Source: a virus (Duplodnaviria > Heunggongvirae > Uroviricota > Caudoviricetes). Taken from it: a DNA stretch of 32,447 bases. The stretch is taken from IMG/VR virus record IMGVR_UViG_2585427783_000005; one strand, given 5' to 3'. Shown here in pieces: positions 26,082 to 32,447 of this stretch. Positions within the stretch are counted from its first letter, which is position 1, and each line of letters starts with the position of its first letter. A model generated the notes under the pieces. The model was not told where the DNA came from and searched no databases. It worked only from the letters and a program-made list of their open reading frames with translations. Made by a program: the position numbers and the translations under genes.

Positions 26082-27260
26082 ATGAGTGATTTTCACCACG
26101 GCGTGCAGGTGCTTGAGATTAACGACGGCACCCGCGTCATTTCCACTGTTGCAACCGCAATCGTCGGCATGGTCTGTACAGCCAGCGATGCGGATGCGGC
26201 AACCTTTCCCCTCAACGAGCCGGTACTGATTACCAATGTGCAAAGCGCCATTGCGAAAGCCGGTAAAAAAGGCACGCTGGCCGCGTCCCTGCAGGCCATC
26301 GCCGACCAGTCAAAACCTGTCACAGTTGTCGTGCGTGTTGCCGAAGGTACCGGAGAAGACGCCGAAGCGCAGACCATTTCCAATATCATCGGCGGCACGG
26401 ATGAGAACGGTAAATATACCGGCATCAAGGCGCTGTTGACTGCCGAAGCAGTCACCGGCGTTAAGCCGCGCATTCTCGGCGTGCCGGGTCTCGATACCAA
26501 AGAGGTCGCAGTCGCACTTGCTTCGGTCTGTATCAGCCTGCGCGCCTTTGGCTATATCAGCGCATGGGGTTGTAAAACCATTTCCGAGGCGATGGCCTAT
26601 CGCGAGAATTTCAGCCAGCGCGAGCTGATGGTCATCTGGCCTGATTTCCTTGCATGGGATACCACCACAAACGCCACCGCACCGGCATACGCAACTGCGC
26701 GCGCACTCGGCCTGCGTGCCTATATCGACCAGACCGTCGGCTGGCACAAAACCCTGTCTAACGTCGGCGTGCAGGGTGTTACCGGCATCAGTGCGTCAGT
26801 GTTTTGGGATTTGCAGGCATCCGGCACCGATGCTGATCTGCTCAACGAGGCCGGGGTCACGACACTGGTGCGTAAGGATGGCTTCCGCTTTTGGGGTAAC
26901 CGCACCTGCTCTGATGACCCGCTTTTCCTGTTTGAGAACTACACCCGCACCGCGCAGGTGCTGGCCGACACGATGGCCGAGGCGCACATGTGGGCGGTCG
27001 ATAAGCCCATCACCGCATCACTTATCCGTGACATTGTCGACGGCATTAACGCCAAATTCCGCGAGCTGAAATCAAACGGCTACATCGTGGACGGTGAATG
27101 CTGGTTCGACGAGGAATCGAACGATAAGGAAACCCTCAAGGCCGGGAAACTGTATATCGACTACGACTATACACCGGTTCCACCACTGGAAAGCCTGACC
27201 CTGCGCCAGCGTATCACCGATAAATATCTGGTGAATCTGTCCGAATCGGTCAACAGCTAA
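26082..27260 (+). CDS. FI: Tail sheath protein
   Basis: 392 aa; size and position match P2 gpFI. Confidence 0.9.
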   Translation: MSDFHHGVQVLEINDGTRVISTVATAIVGMVCTASDADAATFPLNEPVLITNVQSAIAKAGKKGTLAASLQAIADQSKPVTVVVRVAEGTGEDAEAQTISNIIGGTDENGKYTGIKALLTAEAVTGVKPRILGVPGLDTKEVAVALASVCISLRAFGYISAWGCKTISEAMAYRENFSQRELMVIWPDFLAWDTTTNATAPAYATARALGLRAYIDQTVGWHKTLSNVGVQGVTGISASVFWDLQASGTDADLLNEAGVTTLVRKDGFRFWGNRTCSDDPLFLFENYTRTAQVLADTMAEAHMWAVDKPITASLIRDIVDGINAKFRELKSNGYIVDGECWFDEESNDKETLKAGKLYIDYDYTPVPPLESLTLRQRITDKYLVNLSESVNS

Positions 27261-27275
27261 GGAGCCTGAAACAAC

Positions 27276-27794
27276 ATGGCACTACCCCGCAAACTTAAAT
27301 ATCTGAACATGTTCAATGACGGCCTTAGCTACATGGGCGTTGTTGAATCCGTGACGCTGCCGAAGCTGACCCGCAAGCTCGAAAACTATCGCGGCGGCGG
27401 CATGAATGGCGCGGCGGCGATTGACCTTGGTCTCGACGATGATGCGCTCACCGTCGAATGGTCTGTCGGTGGCCTGCCTGATGTGGCGCTGTGGGCGCAG
27501 TACGCCGCGCCGGGTGCTGACGCTGTGCCGTTGCGTTTTGCTGGCTCTTACCAACGTGACGACACTGGCGAAATCGTGGCGGTCGAGGTGGTCATGCGTG
27601 GCCGTCATAAAGAAATCGACGGCGGCGAGAATAAGCAGGGTGAAAACACCTCGACCAAACTGTCGACCGTATGCACCTATTACCGCCTCACGATTGATGG
27701 TAGCGACGTCATCGAAATCGATACCGTCAACATGGTTGAGAAGGTGAACGGCGTCGACCGTCTGGAACAGCACCGCCGCGCAATCGGGCTGTAA
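27276..27794 (+). CDS. FII: Tail tube protein
   Basis: 172 aa, same as P2 gpFII. Confidence 0.9.
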   Translation: MALPRKLKYLNMFNDGLSYMGVVESVTLPKLTRKLENYRGGGMNGAAAIDLGLDDDALTVEWSVGGLPDVALWAQYAAPGADAVPLRFAGSYQRDDTGEIVAVEVVMRGRHKEIDGGENKQGENTSTKLSTVCTYYRLTIDGSDVIEIDTVNMVEKVNGVDRLEQHRRAIGL

Positions 27795-27857
27795 TTCCCT
27801 GACCGGTCAGCACTGCTGGCCTGTTATTAATCCCCATTCAGAGCAGAGAAAAACATC

Positions 27858-28193
27858 ATGGCAAAAGCACCACGTAAAACCGCTGAATTTGTTGATATGG
27901 CTGGCAATGAAACTGACACCGTAAACCCGAACGTCGTGACCCTCGACAAGCCGATTAAGCGCGCCGGTCAGACGATTGATAAAGTCACACTGATTGAGCC
28001 GAACGCCGGTACCCTGCGCGGTGTCAGTCTGGCAGCGGTGGCGCAGTCCGAAGTCGATGCGCTGATTAAGGTATTGCCACGCATGACCTACCCCGCGCTT
28101 ACGGCGCAGGAGCTTACCGCAATGAACCTGCCCGATATGCTGTCGCTGGCCGCTAAGGTGATTGGTTTTTTGTCACCGGCTTCGGCGGAGTAG
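27858..28193 (+). CDS. E: Tail assembly chaperone E
   Basis: 111 aa; contains slippery site near its 3' end; immediately upstream of tape measure gene. Confidence 0.85.
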   Translation: MAKAPRKTAEFVDMAGNETDTVNPNVVTLDKPIKRAGQTIDKVTLIEPNAGTLRGVSLAAVAQSEVDALIKVLPRMTYPALTAQELTAMNLPDMLSLAAKVIGFLSPASAE

Positions 28194-28345
28194 ATTTCCC
28201 GCCCGACCTGTCGACCGATGACCTGATGGCGGATATCGCGGTGATATTCCACTGGCCGCTATCAGAGCTCTATTCCCTGAGCCTGACCGAGCTCATCACA
28301 TGGCGCGAAAAGGCGCTGCAGCGTAGCGGACACCACAATGAGTAA
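27858..28345 (+). CDS. Tail assembly chaperone E+E' made by -1 programmed frameshift
   Basis: Slippery GGTTTTTTG at 28164-28172; the -1 frame from 28166 is open for 59 codons (FFVTGFGGVDFPPDL...HHNE) to TAA 28343-28345, overlapping the T start. Confidence 0.7.
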
Positions 28346-30782
28346 TAACCTGAGACTTGAGGTTTTGCTGAAAGCGGTCGACCAGGCGACCCGACCGCTT
28401 AAATCCATCCAGACCGCGAGTAAAACCCTGTCGGGCGATATTCGCGACACACAAAAAGGGCTGCGTGACCTGAACGGGCAGGCCGCGAAAATCGACGGCT
28501 TTCGCAAAACCAGCGCTCAACTGGCCGTAACCGGCCAGTCGCTGGAGAAGGCAAAGCGCGAGGCTGAAGCGCTTGCCACGCAATTCAAAAATACTGAGCG
28601 CCCGACGCGAGCGCAGGCACAGGTGCTCGAATCCGCAAAACGTGCCGCCGAGGGGCTGCAGGTTAAATACAACAGCCTCACCGAGTCGGTTAAACGCCAA
28701 CAACGCGAGCTGGGTGCCGCCGGTATCAATACCCGCAATCTGGCAAACGATGAGCGGGGGCTTAAAACACGCATCAGCGAGACGACGGCGCAGCTCAACC
28801 GGCAGCGTGAAGCATTGGCGAAGGTCAGCGCACAGCAGGCGCACCTAAACCGAGTGAAAGAGCGATATAAATCGGGTAAGGAGCTTGCCGGTAACATGGC
28901 CGCTGCAGGTGCTGCCGGGGTCGGTATTGCGACAGCGGGAACGATGGCCGGGGTTAAATTGCTGATACCCGGTTATGACTTTGCGCAAAAAAACTCCGAG
29001 CTGCAGGCTGTGCTCGGGGTCGATAAGCAGTCGCCAGAAATGCAGTCGTTACGCAAACAGGCGCGCCAGCTCGGTGACAATACAGCCGCTTCTGCTGATG
29101 ATGCAGCCAGTGCGCAGATTATTATCGCCAAAGGGGGCGGCGATGCGGCAGCCATTCAGGCGACGACACCGGTCACCCTCAATATGGCGCTTGCCAACCG
29201 TCGCACGATGGAAGAAAACGCCGCATTACTGATGGGGATGCGCTCTGCGTTTCAGCTTTCCAATGACAAGGTGGCGCACATTGGCGACGTTCTGTCGACG
29301 GTGATGAATAAAACTGCTGCCGATTTCGACGGGCTGAGCGATGCGCTGACCTACGCCGCGCCGGTGGCGAAAAATGCCGGTGTCAGCATTGAAGAAACTG
29401 CCGCAATGGTGGGCGCCCTGCATGACGCCAAAATCACCGGCTCGATGGCCGGCACCGGGAGCCGTGCGGTTTTAAGCCGCCTGCAGGCTCCGACCGGTAA
29501 AGCGTGGGATGCGCTTAAGGAGCTGGGTGTCAAAACTTCCGACAGTAAAGGCAACACGCGCCCGATTTTTACCATCCTCAAGGAAATGCAGGCCAGTTTT
29601 GAGCGTAACAATCTCGGCACCGGTCAACAAGCCGAATACATGAAAACGATATTCGGTGAGGAAGCCAGTTCGGCGGCGGCGGTGCTCATGACTGCCGCCT
29701 CAACCGGCAAACTTGACCAGCTAACCTCCACCCTGAAAGCCTCAGACGGAAAAACCGCAGAGCTTGTTAAAATTATGCAGGACAACCTCGGCGGTGATTT
29801 TAAAGAGTTCCAGTCTGCTTATGAGGCTGTCGGTACCGACCTTTTTGACCAGCAAGAGGGCTCGCTGCGCAAACTCACCCAAACCGCCACACAATACGTG
29901 TTGAAGCTCGACGGCTGGATCCAGAAAAACAAAGGGCTGACGACAACTATCGGGATTATTGCCGGTGGTGCGCTGGCGCTGATTGGTATCATCGGCGGCA
30001 TTGGTCTCGTTGCGTGGCCGGTTGTCATGGGGATTAATGCCATTATCGCCGCTGCTGGCATGCTGGGTACGGTCTTTACTGTCGTCGGTAGTGCCATTGC
30101 GACAGCGCTCGGTGCGATTACCTGGCCGATAGTGGCCGTCGGTGCGGCGATTGTGGCGGGGGCGCTACTCATCCGTAAATATTGGGAGCCCATCAGCGCA
30201 TTTTTCTCGGGAGTGATTGAGGGCATCATGAGTGCCTTTGCCCCAGTCGGGGAAATGTTCGCTCCACTGGCTCCCATTTTTGATGGTCTCGGCGAGAAAC
30301 TGCGCGGCGTCTGGCAGTGGTTTAAAGACCTGATAGCACCGGTTAAGGCCACGCAGGAAACGCTTGATAGCTGCAAAAATGTCGGCGTCATATTTGGTCA
30401 GGCACTGGCCTCTGCCTTGATGGCTCCGCTCAATGTTTTTAACAAGCTGCGCAGCGGTGTCGACTGGCTTCTCGAAAAGCTCGGCATCATCAACAAAGAG
30501 TCGGACAGCCTCGACCAGACCGCCGCCAAAACCAATGCCGCCACACAGGGTAATTCCTACATCCCGGCAACCAGCACATATGGCGGCTATCAGGCTTATC
30601 AGCCAGTTACCGCACCGGCGGGGCGCTCTTACATTGACCAGAGCAAAAGCGAATACAACATCAATCTGCCGGGAGGTGTTGCGCAGGGGCATCAGCTTGA
30701 CAGACAACTACGCGACACGCTCGAACAGATTGAGCGCGATAAACGCGCCCGCCAGCGTGCCAACATGACCCACGACTATTGA
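28338..30782 (+). CDS. T: Tail tape measure protein
   Basis: 814 aa, alpha-helical, with a hydrophobic Gly/Ala/Ile-rich segment (GIIAGGALALIGIIGGIGLVAWPVV...); size matches P2 gpT. Confidence 0.9.
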   Translation: MSNNLRLEVLLKAVDQATRPLKSIQTASKTLSGDIRDTQKGLRDLNGQAAKIDGFRKTSAQLAVTGQSLEKAKREAEALATQFKNTERPTRAQAQVLESAKRAAEGLQVKYNSLTESVKRQQRELGAAGINTRNLANDERGLKTRISETTAQLNRQREALAKVSAQQAHLNRVKERYKSGKELAGNMAAAGAAGVGIATAGTMAGVKLLIPGYDFAQKNSELQAVLGVDKQSPEMQSLRKQARQLGDNTAASADDAASAQIIIAKGGGDAAAIQATTPVTLNMALANRRTMEENAALLMGMRSAFQLSNDKVAHIGDVLSTVMNKTAADFDGLSDALTYAAPVAKNAGVSIEETAAMVGALHDAKITGSMAGTGSRAVLSRLQAPTGKAWDALKELGVKTSDSKGNTRPIFTILKEMQASFERNNLGTGQQAEYMKTIFGEEASSAAAVLMTAASTGKLDQLTSTLKASDGKTAELVKIMQDNLGGDFKEFQSAYEAVGTDLFDQQEGSLRKLTQTATQYVLKLDGWIQKNKGLTTTIGIIAGGALALIGIIGGIGLVAWPVVMGINAIIAAAGMLGTVFTVVGSAIATALGAITWPIVAVGAAIVAGALLIRKYWEPISAFFSGVIEGIMSAFAPVGEMFAPLAPIFDGLGEKLRGVWQWFKDLIAPVKATQETLDSCKNVGVIFGQALASALMAPLNVFNKLRSGVDWLLEKLGIINKESDSLDQTAAKTNAATQGNSYIPATSTYGGYQAYQPVTAPAGRSYIDQSKSEYNINLPGGVAQGHQLDRQLRDTLEQIERDKRARQRANMTHDY

Positions 30783-30795
30783 GGGGGATTAAACG

Positions 30796-31281
30796 ATGAT
30801 GCTTGCTCTCGGAATGTTTGTGTTTGAACTTCGCACCCTGCCTTACCAGTCGATGCAGCATTCGAAAGATTATCGCTGGGTATCCAATGACCGGGTGGGT
30901 AAACCACCTGCCTATCAGTTTCTTGGCGAGGGGGAAACTTCGATACAGCTTGCTGGTACGCTATACCCCGCTATCACTGGCGGTTGGATCTCACTAAAGG
31001 CTGTAGAGGTGATGGCCAATGAAGGCAGAGCGTGGCCGTTGATAGAGGGAACCGGAAATATCCTCGGGATGTATATCGTCGATAAAGTATCGACTACACG
31101 CACCGAGTTTTTCAGTGATGGTGCGGCCAGAAAGATTGATTTCACGCTTTCGCTAAAACGGGTTGATGAATCGCTGACAGAGATGTTTGGTGACATGAAT
31201 AAACAGGCCAGTGAGCTTCTCGGCTCTGCCGGTAATTTGACAGATAAACTGCAGGGTATGCCCGGAGGTTTCACTGAATGA
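30796..31281 (+). CDS. U: Tail protein U
   Basis: 161 aa; position after T as P2 gpU. Confidence 0.85.
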   Translation: MMLALGMFVFELRTLPYQSMQHSKDYRWVSNDRVGKPPAYQFLGEGETSIQLAGTLYPAITGGWISLKAVEVMANEGRAWPLIEGTGNILGMYIVDKVSTTRTEFFSDGAARKIDFTLSLKRVDESLTEMFGDMNKQASELLGSAGNLTDKLQGMPGGFTE

Positions 31282-32447
31282 TAACGGGGATGGCAATTGA
31301 CGCCGGTGCCAGCCTTGCACCGGCTTTTATGCTGACGCTGAACAGTCAGGACATTACCAGCAACTTCAGCGACCGGCTGATTTCTCTTACCATGACGGAC
31401 AATAGGGGCTTTGAAGCTGACCAGCTCGACATTGAGCTCGATGACACCGATGGGAAAGTCGAGTTACCCCTGCGCGGGGCAGTGCTGACGTTGTGGCTTG
31501 GCTGGCAGGGTTCGGCGCTGTTGAATAAGGGGGATTTTACGGTCGATGAGATTGAGCACCGGGGGGCTCCTGATACCCTGACCATCCGGGCGCGCAGCGC
31601 GGACTTTCGCGGCACGCTAAATTCCAGGCGTGAAGAGTCATGGCACGACACCACCATCGGCGAACTGGTCAGTACCATCGCAAAGCGCAACAAACTGACG
31701 GCCAGCATTGCGGAATCGCTGAAAAAAATCCCGGTACCGCATATCGACCAGTCGCAGGAATCCGACGCGGTATTTTTGAGTCGACTGGCTGACCGCAACG
31801 GGGCAACGGTATCGGTGAAGGCAGGGAAACTGTTGTTTCTGAAAGCCGGTAGTGCGATGACGGCCAGCGGCAAACCCGTCCCGCAAATGACGCTGACCCG
31901 CAGTGATGGTGACCGTCATCAGTTTGCCATTGCCGACCGTGGGGCTTATACCGGCGTCACTGCTAAATGGTTGCACACCAAAGACCCGAAGCCACAAAAG
32001 CAGAAAGTAACGCTGAAACGCAAGCCAAAAGAGAAGCACCTGCGCGCACTGGAACACCCAAAAGCAAAGCCGGTCAGCAAAAAGACAAAGATCAAAAAAG
32101 AACAGGAAGCACGTGAGGGTGAGTACATGGCCGGTGAAGCCGATAACGTGCTGGCGCTGACGACGGTCTATGCCTCAAAGGCACAGGCGATGCGCGCCGC
32201 TCAGGCTAAGTGGGATAAACTGCAGCGAGGCGTTGCGGAGTTTTCAATCACACTGGCGCTAGGGCGAGCGGATTTATTTCCTGAGACGCCTGTACGCGTG
32301 TCAGGCTTTAAGCGCGTCATAGACGAGCAGGCATGGTTAATCAGCAAGGTGACCCACAACCTCAATAATAACGGTTTCACGACGGGCTTAGAGCTTGAGG
32401 TTAAACTCTCCGATGTGGAGTACAGCTCAGAAGAAAATGAGGAGTGA
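31278..32447 (+). CDS. D: Tail protein D (late control gene D family)
   Basis: 389 aa; start overlaps the U stop; last late gene before the expected ogr/attR, which are off-window. Stop codon is the last three bases of the window. Confidence 0.9.
   Translation: MITGMAIDAGASLAPAFMLTLNSQDITSNFSDRLISLTMTDNRGFEADQLDIELDDTDGKVELPLRGAVLTLWLGWQGSALLNKGDFTVDEIEHRGAPDTLTIRARSADFRGTLNSRREESWHDTTIGELVSTIAKRNKLTASIAESLKKIPVPHIDQSQESDAVFLSRLADRNGATVSVKAGKLLFLKAGSAMTASGKPVPQMTLTRSDGDRHQFAIADRGAYTGVTAKWLHTKDPKPQKQKVTLKRKPKEKHLRALEHPKAKPVSKKTKIKKEQEAREGEYMAGEADNVLALTTVYASKAQAMRAAQAKWDKLQRGVAEFSITLALGRADLFPETPVRVSGFKRVIDEQAWLISKVTHNLNNNGFTTGLELEVKLSDVEYSSEENEE

Noticed and set aside
28296-30707. Minus-strand ORFs (126-190 aa) inside tape-measure gene T
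   Set aside because: Ala/Ser/Pro/Arg-rich antisense frames; the 814-aa plus-strand frame is strongly supported.
1-32447. CRISPR arrays, rRNA or tRNA genes
   Set aside because: No regularly spaced short repeats and no cloverleaf or rRNA-like conserved segments seen on inspection; the only repeats are the ~72-bp pair at 8470/8875 and the inverted recombination sites.

Overview
The window is almost entirely one prophage of the P2/186 family of temperate myoviruses, in prophage order from the integrase to tail gene D. From left to right: an AT-rich accessory gene (453-1262); int, a small secreted-protein gene and a 186-type CI repressor on the minus strand; then Cox/Apl-like, CII, small early ORFs, a TraR/DksA zinc-finger protein and replication initiator A on the plus strand. 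After A comes an accessory interval with a consensus LexA box driving a small ORF and a DinI/Tum-family gene, two copies of a ~72-bp structured repeat, three small ORFs and a terminator. The cos site follows at 9527-9545, then an AT-rich HExxH-motif gene, portal Q and terminase P (minus strand), and the complete late operons O-N-M-L-X-Y-K-lysB/lysC-R-S, V-W-J-I-H-G and FI-FII-E/E'-T-U-D. ogr/B and attR lie beyond the right edge. The most novel candidates are three AT-rich cargo genes: a membrane-anchored pentapeptide-repeat protein inserted antisense between S and V, the HExxH protein between cos and Q, and an Rx4H-motif protein beside int. Also notable are a CI repressor with a tandemly duplicated DNA-binding domain, and a Gin/Hin-type invertible tail-fibre cassette whose invertase is a frameshifted, truncated remnant. 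All calls rest on reading the sequence and recalled family knowledge; no database searches were run.
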